Assembly (NCBI GenBank): GCA_040954595.2
Contig: CM082579.2
Span: forward strand, 10,839,625-10,903,624
DNA from: Balanoglossus misakiensis
Lineage: Eukaryota; Animalia; Hemichordata
Reading direction: 5' to 3'
DNA length: 64,000 nucleotides
Part shown: positions 1-41,100 of the stretch, in pieces
How positions within the stretch are numbered: the first letter of the stretch is position 1
Layout: every line of letters begins with the position of its first letter
The notes under the pieces: model-generated
The model's database searches: none
Told to the model about the DNA's origin: nothing
Seen by the model: the letters and a program-made list of their open reading frames with translations, nothing else
Translations under genes and position numbers: made by a program

Positions 1-988
1 TTGTTAATTGATCAAAATGTCAAAACTATCATTTCATTCAACAACACATGATAAATGTTACATCAAATCTATTGTCGACTGTCAAAAAAAACAAAGGTCA
101 AACAATACTATTTTGTTGTTAATTAATTGCAGAACATGAAACACTAATGTTCTGAACAATTTCAATACTACATATGAAACTCAGTATTTGGTCATTGACA
201 GTTCTCGATGAAACAACACTCTCAGAAAAGGTAAACCACAAGCACAGAACAATTTAACTTATAAACAACAAGAAATTGTCATTGAATTATCTACCATGTG
301 ACAGTAGAATTGTAACGTCTTTAAGAGACTTTCTATCCCAAAAAGTTTTGCGTGTAACATGACAACTTTAGTGGTTGAACTGTGATTTCATAGTTTTCAC
401 AGCTATTTGAAGAGATAATTGAAGACTTAATAATGCCATCCAACATGGCCTACAGAAACATGTTTTACTTAATGTGTCTGTCACTTTTTACAGCCAGTTT
501 CAGGAAATCATTTCAACTTCAATACCAGACCATGGAAAAATCACCATACAAACTTATTAGAACACATGTAGTTTACTACCAAGGATGAAAGATCAGTCAG
601 TTCACATGGTCGGGTATGTTTACCAAGAATTCAGTGGTTTCGGCCTATTATCATAATTACATTCTTTCACTCTTCTTTTAATATCAAACTACTCTCACAA
701 GCCATATCTCTGTTGTTTAATTTTTGAATGAATGAATGAATAACGATATTCTTCTTGATAAGTTCTTCAGAACCACTGAGAGTCTTTCACTGTGTGCTCC
801 ACAGGAGACTTGTTGGAATGGATGTTGAAACTTTAGTCAGTGCACATTTGGACTTGTTGGTCCAGACTAGATTCTCCAAGTGGACAACTGTGTTATTGAT
901 GCTGTTCATGGGCCATAACTTTGCAGAGAGATGCGTTGCAAGACTGTTTGAAGATTCCCAGCCATTGTACCCTGCACACTGTCTGTTC

Positions 989-28241
<27,253 letters not shown>

Positions 28242-28387
28242 TCACATATCTATTTTTAAACTTAGTTCAGTTAAATAACTACTGTAATTACTGTAATATG
28301 CGTATGGGGAGCAAATCTTTTGGTGGTCCCGAGTGAATCCACTGAAATGCCACTGATATGCCACAAAAATTGTTGATATAATATAAT

Positions 28388-28529
28388 AGCAATAACCCCC
28401 GCCTCAGTTGGGTATACACTCGATTTGGGTACAATTCGCTCCATATAGCACTCGCCGTCAGGCGAGTGCTATATGTCTCGAATTGTACCCAAATCTCGCG
28501 TATACCCGCCTGCGACGGGGGTTATTGCT
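28388..28529. repeat. Long imperfect foldback (palindromic non-autonomous element) in CYFIP intron 1
   Basis: AGCAATAACCCCCG..GGGTATAC..GATTTGGGTACAATTCG..CATATAGCACTCGCC-GTCA-GGCGAGTGCTATATG..CGAATTGTACCCAAATC..GTATACCC..CGGGGGTTATTGCT. Confidence 0.85.
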
Positions 28530-29478
28530 TGAGTATATTAATACTGACAGTGGGAAACTTTTTACAAATCAAGTCAGTGCAATGAAAAAGCTATCATTAT
28601 TAACATTTAAAATTTACAATGTAATATTTTACAATAAAAAAACAAGGAATATGGCTATGTTGCATTACATACAATTTTAAATGCACAGTTGGGTCTGGCT
28701 TGAAAAAGGAAATATACACTATACAGTTAAATTCATTGACAAACAAATTTAATTGTATTTTCATTGTAATGAACACAGGGGTGTCAGTGGATGACAGTAA
28801 TGAAATGATCGGAGGTAATTAGACGGTCTCGTTAAATTTACAACTGACTTACCACAACAAATGAACCAACAACATTCATTCATTGACATTCACGCATTTA
28901 CCAATAACATTAAAAATGACATGCACTATCTAAGCATCACTCCGTTTTTAGGTGTCGGTTACAGCTCTCAATATGGGCGTAGCGGAGTTTGTGCATGTAG
29001 ATTGTATTTTTATTAGCTATTCCTCCGGCATGTTTCACTCTTCCTACTGATCTACACAAAGTATAACTTCGATGAGTTCTGTTATCGCAGTTTTATACCT
29101 CCATGGTTCTACTTATTGAAGACGGTAGTCATTTGCCATGCAACAAACGGCAGCATAATGCTACATAGTAGTATAGGCTGGCCTAAATGATATCAGTGTC
29201 ACCTAACTACTCAAAGAAAAGAATTGACATTCGCGATTAATTAAGGAGACTATGATCGACTCACATTCCCAGCTTGCTATCAGCCTTTCTGGAGGCTCTC
29301 AGTTGATATTAGGGCCATGTTTTGCTGTAAGTAAAACTGAACCGATCAAAATCGGAGTCTTCGGCAAAATGGACCATCCACTGATCGGTTGTAATCGTTA
29401 CAACAGTCACCTCCGAGCATCCAATTTTTACTGACAAAATGGCAAAACCGGAGTAACTATTGAACACAGTACACTTAC

Positions 29479-29625
29479 CTTTTAGATTATGATTTGTAAA
29501 CCGATGTGAAAGGTCACGCCAAGGCTACATTTCATGTATTTTCGTTCACTTCATCACTTCCTGTGAGAATAAACGCTCCCAAAATGGCAGATACGGTGTA
29601 AAATGTTTATTTCCGGTGCGTTGCA
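29479..29625 (-). promoter_or_regulatory. Probable non-coding first exon and TATA-less promoter of CYFIP
   Basis: Strong minus-strand donor AAG|GTAAGT at 29479/29478, with ETS-like (CACTTCCTG, TTTCCGG) and YY1-like (AAAATGGC) motifs nearby. The ATG-containing exon has an acceptor just upstream of the start codon, so a 5' non-coding exon is likely. The TSS position is inferred. Confidence 0.55.
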
Positions 29626-29685
29626 TCATGGGTTCTGGGTTGCCCTAATCCGGGGTCATGGGGTCATGTTACGTACATATCAGAC

Positions 29686-29829
29686 CAATCTGATTAAAAT
29701 CATATGTAGGGTACGGCGACGTCTTTTACTTGCGCGATGCGGTATTCAAGTCTTATGCTACTAATAAGAAACCCGTACTGCGTAAGTAAAAGACGTCGCC
29801 GTTCCCTACATCTGATTTTAATCAGATTG
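29686..29829. mobile_element. Foldback MITE with 9-bp TSD (Mutator-like)
   Basis: Arms CAATCTGATTAAAATCATATGTAGGGTACGGCGACGTCTTTTACTT and AAGTAAAAGACGTCGCCGTTCCCTACATCTGATTTTAATCAGATTG, flanked by ATATCAGAC (29677-29685) and ATATCAGAT (29830-29838). Confidence 0.8.
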
Positions 29830-32800
29830 ATATCAGATCTGCAGATGGTTCACGTTCACTGAATGGTCCTGTTGTCAGGTTGTTCAAGTATTTTGCTTTT
29901 ATGGTCGACTCTGGTAAAATAACTAGTAATAAGCTATTATTGATTCAATAAACTATTGAATAATTCGTACCCGGATATGTGCTTAAAAATTAGCAGACTG
30001 CTTCAAGTGAATCGCCCACTGTTTATATTATTTTGGCTAATTTATTTCCTTTTGATTGCCATTTATTATTCTGCTCGTTGAGAATGTGCCCAACGCGACG
30101 GCTCAGTGGTTGTCACAAGTCAATACACACTCTGTATCATACAAAACAATTTGTTGGTTTTGAGGCTTTGGCCAGTATGGGTGTGAGTTGATTACCATCG
30201 CCGCCAGACACTTCGACCTTTAGTCTCTAGACGACTCAGTGTTCACACTTTTATTGGCGAATTCTCAAAAAGTGTGTGCCAATTTTTAAAGGTGTCTTCA
30301 TTATGATTCATTTCAGCGGTACCGGTCTAGGCCTATAGACATTCAAATTTGTCATACGAAATATTAAATTCTTTAAATCAGGAAAATAGCTTACAAATGT
30401 CAGCCACGCTGTGAAAAAATATCTATAAAAGAAAAATATTTTGTGCACCAGTATTGAAATAGATCATTTGCTGGCGAATGGAGATTTTCGTTATGTTTAA
30501 TGCGTCTATGATCACCGCAAAGCGCTAGCAAAACTATCTTTTAGAACACAATATTTAATTTGTGAAATTTCCAGCCCTAGTATTTATTTTTCATAAGCTT
30601 AGTGCATCCCATACAGACTATAAAAAGTGTGATATTGGTCAATAAACGGTCTGACAGGAATAGTCATATTTATAGAGGCAACCATGGTGGCGCTGTTCAT
30701 AGAGATCGCTAACGAGTGAGTCATGCACCCAACACAACCGGAACTCTTTTCCACACAGTCACTCCACAGTGACTGTGTTTCAATATGCGTATGACTCATG
30801 ATGCGCAATGTTGAGTGTACAAACGGTGAGAACTACATGAATCACTCGGTTTTGGTAATGGGAAAGATTTCTAATGTAATGGATTTAAACAAAAACTATC
30901 ATTTACATTAGAAAAGCCCACGGATTAATCACGTGTTATTTTATCTCTGAACTGGTACTAGTGGTAGCCAACTGGCTGACACAACTACTTTGCGAAATTG
31001 CTAGCTGTCGTAACGCAGTTGTACCGTTGCTACGACAGCTACGAAATTGCCTAACGTTTGGCTAGAACATATTTTTGTGGAGGTTGAGTTAGGGACCAAA
31101 TCAGCAATTTACCTTACTGGAGGCCGAAAATGCAATCACACACCGAAGAGGATACCTGTGCCCGATCCTCTATCTTTGTAATTAAAATGGAATTTCATTT
31201 TAGTATTTCAAATGGAATGGTTGTAGTATACTATAAAACGTAGGAAAATTTCTATTAAATGAAATTTGTAAAATGACTTCGCGTCGGGACTAACAATAAC
31301 ATCGTAGTGCTTATAATAGAGCTTTGGCCGGGACGTCACTATCGCGAGGTACAAGCTTGATGACAACTGGTTCCTAGAATGAGCTCCAAATACCATTAAT
31401 TTGCAACGAAACACGTAGACTCTATATAGCAAATTCGTGTCAGAAACGTAGTTTATTGTCAGTATACACAAACCAAGTTTTTGTTTAACAACTGATGTCC
31501 TCTCAGAAATGAAGGTACAGTTCACTATATTACGTTAGGCCTACATGTACAACAAAGAATCATACTGACGATATTTTCTAGCCCCTGGCAAATATGGACA
31601 TGTTATCATTATGGCACTCCCAGAATCCTGAACAATGCATGCCCCCGTAATTAATACTATATCACAATGTTTCTCTGTCAACATATCCGTTAATTTTTGC
31701 CATGATAAGTAAATATAATTCGAACGTACGCGTATGTAATATGTACTGTGTTTTGTGAAAACAAAAGCCCTTGAGATTGATAGCTTGTAGAGGGCGATAA
31801 TATCAGACATGTAATTGCATATTGATGGTGTCAGTTTGAAATATCATGCCTTATGCCTGGCGATTCTATGTATTTATTTATCGCAAATAACAATAATTAC
31901 TCATTCGTATGTAAACACAATTATCAACTAATAATAACATGAAAACTGTTTCGACAATGATCAATGGGGTTTGTGGTGCTTACCAGTGTATGACAGATCA
32001 CTGCATTTAATGACTGTTTCTTTTGTATTTGTACTACAGTGTTTTTATGCAGCCATTCTTGATGCATGCAAAACTAGACTTAAATTCAGTTCTCATTTGA
32101 GTTTTCACAAGTAATGACCCACACAAATAAATATGACCAGATAATCTTGATTTTTATTGAAAGCACTGTTACTGTTACCATACATGTCAAGACAGCACAA
32201 TAAATCCAAGTAGTTTCGTAAAAGTTTCATAAAAACACTACACAAAACTTTGCTCAAGTTCACTCACAGACTACTGTTAACATAATGGCATTTAGCCATT
32301 TCTGTGATGTTTGTCAAAAAGGAAAAACAAAAACTTTTACACAAATACCCAGACGTCTTGTAATCCACTAACAGATGACATTTGAACACTGCATTTACAA
32401 ACACAAATGGTACTCGTCATTTTATAACTGTAATACCTGATTTCAAAAACCACAATTGTTTGTGTGCATTTGTTGCAAGATCTTGAAACAAGGAAACAAC
32501 ATGATGTTATCAAACTTAATTTCGGTGCCGAAGAATCCTTCTGAGATTAGCATTTGTTGTTTCTCAGATATGAAGATTTCCCTCTTTGGATTAAACTTTA
32601 TGATCAACATTACAATCACATGCAATCACTTCAGTAACAGTTTTTGCTTTCTCTAAAACATACTGACCGGACTCAGAATAAACTGAACTAAAGCCATCTA
32701 CATACAACAAAATATATATTATCATCAGCAGAAAAAAAAGGGGCACAGAAAATGGGACTCCATTTCATAAAGATATATACAATATAGACAACGGCATCTC

Positions 32801-35116
32801 ATGCCACATTAAATAACTCTTTTTGTCAAATTTCGACAGAATGCTTTTAAGGCTTGGATGCCACTAACCATACGAACACAGAAAACGTAAAATAAATCCC
32901 CAACAAAAAGAAGTGCCAAATATTTGACCACACGAGAGATTTTGATGATGCTTGCATGCATGCATATAACTTGGGCTGCTTTCACATAAAATCCGCAAAT
33001 TTTTCTGAACTGTGACATGAGTGACTGAAGAACTTCCTGAAAACTCCTTTGTTTTGAGGTTTCCCTAAAGTGTCTTGATCAAAGTTGTTACACCCTAACC
33101 ACTGCTGTTCCACAAGGATATTAAACTGTGAGATGAGGGACATTTGCTGAAGATCTCACCCCCCCCCTCCCCCTAATTAGTTCTGAATAATTTCAGGCGA
33201 AGAAAAACATGCATGATCAGACCGGAACAAACACATCTGTTAACCTTGTGCGAAAAAAAGAAAAGAAAAGAAATGCCATTTACATTGCAAGAAGTCTCAA
33301 AACAGAAAAGTGATTGCAGTTGATTTCTTTGAGCTGTAATTCCAATATTATGTCATAACAACGTGATAGGTACCTGTATACATATATGGACACACCCTCA
33401 CTCAACAGACATACACTCACAGCAAAACGTAGATGACTACACGACTAACATTACTATCAAGACTTACAGATTGGTCCGTATATCTACTACATTACTTAGA
33501 CAACCTGAACTCTCTATATAAATAAACGGTACATTTGCACCTTGCCATAACACTGTATATTTTTCATTCAAATATAAATAAATACACAAAATATTTTGTC
33601 AGTTACAAGCAAATGACAGCTATGGTGACATAAAAAGTGAAGTTCCAAAAAGAGCTGTCTTTTTTTATTTAAACAGCAAGACAGTTTTCTTGTTGTCCTG
33701 TTGGCAGCAGACTGTTGGCTACAAGAGACAGAATGCTATTCAACTAACCTCTTTGTTGTAGTGTTGAACTAGAATAAGAATAAACTGGTTTGTGGAAACA
33801 AGTTTGTAGAAATGTTCGACTAGACTAAGCGGAATATATAAACAACTATAAGCATTGGATACTCCTCGTCCACTTCAAGCCACACATCACCTCTGACCAT
33901 CCCTGATGACCCCGGCCATTTGACCTTTGAGCCATTTGACCTTTGACCACCACTGCTGCTTTGTATCAAACATCAGTTTTCCTTTCAGTTAAAAATTAAA
34001 GTATGAAAAATCAAGCAGTTCTGTTTTTTGTTTTGTTTAAAAAGTTTGTTCAATTCAAAGCAGAAATAACCATTGCACAAAGTACACGCCAATTCGTCAA
34101 GTGAAAACTCGTTATGGCTGCAATACTGATGAACTGACCGATACGTTTGTAAGGGTCAGCTTGTTTAATTTGTACAAAAGCAGTGGCATCAGGGACACAC
34201 CCTGGACTTTCTATCAGAATTCCTCCCTAACTCTTTCTCCTCCCACTGCATTCTGATTGCATGGTGGAAAATCCAAGCCAAGCCCAAACCATTACAGACA
34301 GAGCAAGTGGTTGGTCGCTCTCGTCAATCAGAGGCATGTCTGTGGTTTCTAAATAAACAACTAACTCTACTTTGTGTCTGCATTGTTGGATGTTGCATTG
34401 ACAAAGTCTAAATAAAAAACCCAAATCACTGAGGATATACCTACAACACCTATTCTATATATATTACATGCAAGAACAGACCATCCTGTTTCAGGGTAAA
34501 ACCACTAATTACTTAACGCTTTGCACTTTTCTTTATTTTCCGTTTAATTTACTCGTGGGTCTCTCCCTCCCACTCATTAGGGCTTGCTCCGGTAATACTT
34601 TGGAATTCCCAGAACAAAAGCTTGTTTCCTTGTCTCTGTTTTCTGAAATAAAATACCAGAGTTGGAGAACCTGGCAGCTAACTGCTTTTTTTCTGTTTAT
34701 CAAATTTAAGTATTTATAATTATATGCTCCAGAGCGAAATAAAGTGAAACACGAATTTAAAAAAAATAAAGTCATTTTGACAATACTTTAAATATTTTAC
34801 ATTGGTTGTATTTTCTGTGGTCAAACTTTCCCTGAAAGATGGGAACCGCGAGAAGAAAGCAGGAAGCTTAGAGCTCTGCTATCAAACTTGTTACCATTAA
34901 ATAGTTGAAAAAAGATATTCCCAGAGTTTTTAGTTTATCATAGAGACAAGAAATATTTTACCAAAATATCATGCAGTCAGCTGCAAAATGGACAAGACAA
35001 ATATCAAATGCTGGGAACCCCAAAAAAGTCTCTTTTATACAATTATTATTAAAACAAACAAATATAGAAATTTGCACTGATAATAATAGAATATCTCTGT
35101 GAAGTTCAATTTGGTT

Positions 35117-38100
35117 TCATGACACAAAAATTCCTGGCGTTGAAGTTAGTTCTTGAGGTTTTCCAAACTGCTGCGGGTGGAGTAACTCAACCGTGACTGC
35201 TTCATGTTTGACTTCCACCGTGCCTGAGGTGCTGATTATTTCTTCAGTCTGCACCTCCGGCATAGGTCCATCCACAATATCTGTTGGTCCTGCGTTCTCA
35301 AGTTCTTTTTCACTCATGTCATCATCATCGTCATCACTGTCGTAATGTTTCATTTTGTCGTCTTCCGGAGTGGGCGTGGCCTTGGCTCCTTCCAGATGCC
35401 TGATGGCTTGAACGATTGCATCCAGGTTCTGTCGGGCAGTGTTGGTCGCCGTGATCACCGGTGGATTGTGGATAATGTGGACTGGCACAGGCGGCTGGGT
35501 TAGCTGCAGATTCTTCACTGCCTGAATTTCCCGCAGTCGCTGGCTTTCCAGTAATTTTTGCTGCTCTTGCAGTTGAACCTAAATTGCAAGAAGAGGGGAT
35601 GTGTCACTATGCTGTGATTTTTTGGTGCTGTAAAACACTTTATTTTTCGCGAGTTGAAATTTTTGCGATATCGAGAGAGGCCACTGTTTTGCGAGTATTA
35701 ATTTTCACGTTCTCTTATTTCATTCACTGCATCGTTATCTTAAAAAAAAAATACGCGACTTTTTATTTTCACGCTATTTTGGCTCTCGCGTATTTATTGC
35801 TCGCGAAAATAAAGTGTTTTACAGTACACTAAACAAAAGTACCAGAGTTGTGACACAATTCCTGTCAAAATACATTTCACGTTGTATCCACTTGCAATAT
35901 GGCAGAAATTCACACAAAGTCACTCCCCATCACGACTGCATATGAAACAGTCGTCATAAGTTCCAGACGAAAAAACTCAAGAATATACTCACATGTTTTG
36001 CAATCTCTCTCAGTTTTTCCGGATAAAGTTGAGCTTCCAAGCTCCGGTTTTGTTCTTCCAACAACATGCGAAGTCTCCTCTCACGATCCAACTGTTGCCT
36101 CAGGTCTACCATCTCCTTCTGCATTTCTTCTACCTGCACATTGTCATGGAAACACACAAGGATAGGATGATATAAGTTCATGACAAAAAAACATCAACAT
36201 TTCACAAATAAATGCAATTATTCTGCATAGATATATTAATTAGAGACAACATTTTTTTAAAAACACTAAGTATAAAAGCTAGGCTGCTTGAAAAAGCATG
36301 GTTTCGGTGAAATGGACATCTTTTGTCTTGCATTAAGGTCAAATACTGTTTTTGTTAGAAGTGAAAAGGCTACTTATTACTTCAAAAAGGATCAATGACA
36401 CTAAGCAAAGTATGTCTTGTCAACATAGTCTATGGGTGCATAACTGGCATTGCTACTGTTGAAAAATGGTATTCAAGTCTGGACTTGAATGTGTTTGTCA
36501 ACAATAACAATGGTTGACAAGTAGGCATTTTGCATCAAACATTACAGACAGTGGCCCTTTAATCAAACACCAACACCAAGAATCTAGCATTAGATCAACA
36601 TCCAGTAAACAATTCAGGTAAATAAATAGCAGTGGCAGTTTTGTCACAATCTAAACACATCTGGATGAGAACATGCCCAGGAGCCCTACAAGCAAAGTCT
36701 AAAACACACAGGAATCATGTCAGTTTTGTATTTCTCAGAACACTGGAAAACTAAACTGAAATTGTGCCTTGGTTGAAATAGGGCCATGTTACAGAAAATT
36801 TGAGCTAAAAACAACTTTGACTAAACTCTATGTAAATGTAAAGGTTGCTTACAGATAACTCCTCCATTTCCGGACTGCCAATGCCTTCATCAGATGAGAT
36901 ACTATCGTCATTCTTTCTCCTTTTCGGTGGCGACTCCTTTCCAAATTCAATGCCTCTTTTACTCAGCATGGCTTTCATTTGCGTGTTCTGCTGCAGCAGT
37001 CTTGTTTTATCCTGCTCCAAGTTGAAAATGTAGTCTGATGTCTGCTGTAGAATGGCAGCCTGATGTGGTACAGAAATGAGATGATTAATTTTTTTGTCTA
37101 TTCTCACTCCGTGGGGCAAGAATGTTAGGAGGTGATGACCATTTATTATAAACAATGCAAAAGATGCTGAAAGGAACAACTGCGCAATCATTGATTTCAA
37201 ATGACAATGGTTTACGCTATTAAGTTCATAATTGATCCATTTAGGGTTTTAGTTCAGTCATGCACTTAAACATGACCGCTATCAATACAAAAACACTGAC
37301 ACACTACAAATGATGACCACCAGTATAATAGGTCACTGACCACAATAATGTAGAAGGTCACCCGTAACATAGGTCACTGACTTTCAGGTCACATGAGATG
37401 ACCTAATGATGCTCTAAAAATAGGTACAACCATCACAAATGGTGAAACCACACATGCAAATAAACACGTCTATTTTTGCTGTTCACATGCACTTTACATA
37501 ATGGTTCTATTAACTGTGCTCGACTTATCAAACTAATCTGCTAAATGCAAATCACAAAGAGGAAATTAAAGTGACACTTTACAAACTGCATAATCAGACT
37601 CATCATAGCTGTCAGTTGGTAATTTTAACCCAACAGGGGCCTCTCCAATTATGAAATCATTTGGGGGAAAAATAATTTGCATTGATATGCAGAGTATCAC
37701 CCAGTAAAATTACAACAGACATTTTCCAAATTATTTGTGTTGTACAGATTTCAGATAAAACCGCTTCTTTGACGAATGACGACATCACTGTTCATATGTG
37801 ATGATTGAATCTTAACAAGTTGTACAACAAACTGCAGTAAACATTTACCTTGCTCAATTTCTCTCCATCAGCATGTGGCAGTAATGTCTTCAGGGACTGG
37901 AAACCCGAATTTATACTCTGCATACGGCGACGCTCATTACTGTTGGCAATTTCCCTCCGTATCTTCCTCTCCTGGTCACGTTGACTATTCGGCGACATAC
38001 TTCCTAAACTGTACAGCAACAGAATAAATTTTCAGTTAGCCAATCTCCTCACTTTTCTCAAATGCTCACCAACTTATTAAATTTTCTGAGACAATTGAAT

Positions 38101-41100
38101 GGGTGACGTACGTTATCAGCATGCAATACGCTTCAAATAATTGCAAGATGACTTCACTGATAAATAAACGATATGTGCAACTAACAAATTTCAATGGTAT
38201 AATAAAATTTACAAGCAAATCAGATCTTTTCCAATATCATTGTCATGAACAGCCATTTCAAAAACGCTAGTAAATTATTTATTAATTAATCATAACTAAG
38301 TACAGAAAATTTGGGGTTTAAAATTATCAATCTGACAGCCCTTGTCAAAAATTTAACAAATGTTGCATGCAAATAAATCAGAATTCTATCCATATGGTGC
38401 AGACAACCAGCTTCAAAGTAACTTAAAATCAACTCCATATAGCACAGAACACAACACAATAATTCTTCTTAGGGGAACATATGATATAAATTACAACACC
38501 ACTGCTTAACTTCCTGTATCATATTCCATGACTTAACAAAACCGACAATTTGTGGTTCTGTTCAACAAAAACTGAAATGTCAGCCTAACCAATTCAGAAG
38601 TTGCATATGAAATTGATATCATCACCTAATTTATTTGTCTGGCACTTGCTCTGTCTTCAATATTTCTCCTATTTCATTACTTCCTTGGAAAATTCCATTC
38701 CCACAAAAATTAGCACTATCCTTATAAATTGTGAAATTTTTATTATTAATATTTTTGGAATGAAATATCCAAAATAGTACCTACAAGATCTGAAAAAAAA
38801 AGTCTACTGGTCAATGTATTTTTAAATTCTCTTTTTAATACTCCTTATGGCAGGCCTAAAAAAAATTTAAACTAAAATATTCACCTGGGAAAAATAATGT
38901 AGACTGCATGCAGCGCGGCCCACGCACTTGGCAAATTGCCAAATCACAGACACAGCTGCATGCATGATAAATATACTGTGCATTTAATATGAATAAAATT
39001 TAAATGTCTAAGTAGATGGAGATTATATTCCTCCCATCTGTACAGCCCATACAAGGTGATGTCATCATAAACATTTCACATGGCACTGTGCCAACCCTAC
39101 ACCTGTCATGCATAAAGAGTTGCATTATAATGCAAAGTATGTAGTCTAGTCACAGTAATCTATTTCATTCAGAGGGGGTAACAGGTCACACAAAGTGGAG
39201 GGGAGGGCAATGCCTGTCCTATTTCCCTTCTGACCTGCCACTGACATGCATCCGTGTTTGAAATATTTGCCTATGCAATAATTCTTTTAGTAACAGATGT
39301 CTTACTGGTAACCAAGTAGGCAATTATTTCTATTAAGTCAGTCTTTGTTGTAGACTGTGCCATATATATATAAAAAAGGATAATGTGTAATACGTTACAC
39401 AATCTGTATTTAAAATATAGTAAGCGAAGCCACACACGGAATCTAGATATGTTTTTACCCGCACATACCAGAATAAACACATTCAATTTGCCAGTGTCAT
39501 GTTGTGGCAATGTTTGTAAACAAATCATGTAGGTCAGACAGCATTTACTTACTTCCTCTAGCAGTACAAAAAAAACAACCCTTGGGATTGAGCAATACCT
39601 TTTTATCAGGCTTCTGAACTTTGACTGACCCCTACTCTCAAAACAAAACAAATCGGGTCATGTGATGGATACATCATATCCGAAACCACACCCCAGTCAC
39701 ATGGTCTGTCCAAATTCCAATCGCCCCCTTTATCTATCTCCCTTTATCTCTGTATGTGGGGCTCACTCCAACGCCAAGAGGCTTAATAATTTCCCCTTTG
39801 GCCTCTAACAATTTCGGGGTGTGGTCGCTGGGACACAGTGATGTTTGGGTTGGGAGCTTGTGCAAGCCAAAATATACAAAGCAGGCTCTTTAGATTCATG
39901 ACAGATGCACATTTTATTTTTTATCTTTCTCAGTCATTTTGCTTTGTTGAAAACACCAGTCTAATACTTGTTACTTACATTTTTATACTTCTGCATACAA
40001 TGTGGTCGTTCGAAAATCAATATACCATATTTCGACTTATTTTTTGTCATGGACTTGAGTTACCTTGCTAGATGTTAATGAAGTCATTCAAAGCCGACTA
40101 TTTTCAAGACCTACGGAGGTATTAGCTAACTTTATACTAAGTGTACCATGAAGCATGTTAGCTTTGTAGATAACTGATTACTAATTTAAGTAGAGCCATT
40201 CAGAGCATCACTGAAATGTTGTCATACTATAGGCAAACCCAAGGCCTGTCTAGCAGTTAGACATTTGTCAAAGAAGTTGGCTGAAGGCCAAAATTATCAT
40301 ATCATGCTGGGGCTTGACTGGGACTGTTCCCAGTCAATATTTCATGTTTTGCTACTTGTGTACATCATGGTCAAGGTTATCAAATGGCATCTAATTAAGC
40401 AAATCAAGTCCTGTGACATTTTGAGATTGAGTTGGTCAGCCAGATAAGATGTACATATTGCTGATTTTCATCTTTTTCTACCAGTATTGTTGAGTTGATC
40501 CTACTCAGGGAAATTTACTGCTTATAATTTTTTTGCTGTGTGAATACTATTATTTTTTTACCACTTTTGAGGGTCCTGTAGCCTCTGGAGTCCAGCCCCT
40601 CCTTTCGAGCTGCGTTACCCAGCCAAACGATGTGTGTGGTACGTTCCATTGAAAATAGCAATGTCTACTTGGCATTCTGCCAAGTTTCAGTGAGCGATGT
40701 CACTGTTCCCTTTTCTCGATTTTATTTGGGAACAAAATCCGAAAATTATCCTATAACAATTTGTCTGGTAAAAATAATTGAGACGAATTTATAAAAACAA
40801 ATAGCTGGATTTCAATATACAGCGAGCTCACTAAAGGGGAACTGTGAAAGCGAGCATTAAAGCATGCTCCCTGCATGTGAAGCTTACTTCCCCTGCAAAA
40901 CCTGGCAAAATTTCAAAACAGATTCAAGGTGCGCTGTATCAAGGTGTGCTAAACCTACGCACTTTATAAACAAACAAATAATGCTCGCTCAACTGACATA
41001 CGTGTAATTTTGCTTTTCTCTGCACCTCTCCTGCTAAATGAAATGGGAATACAGCTGATCAGCCAAACATAAGATCTCATTTGCATACGCCTCGTATCAT

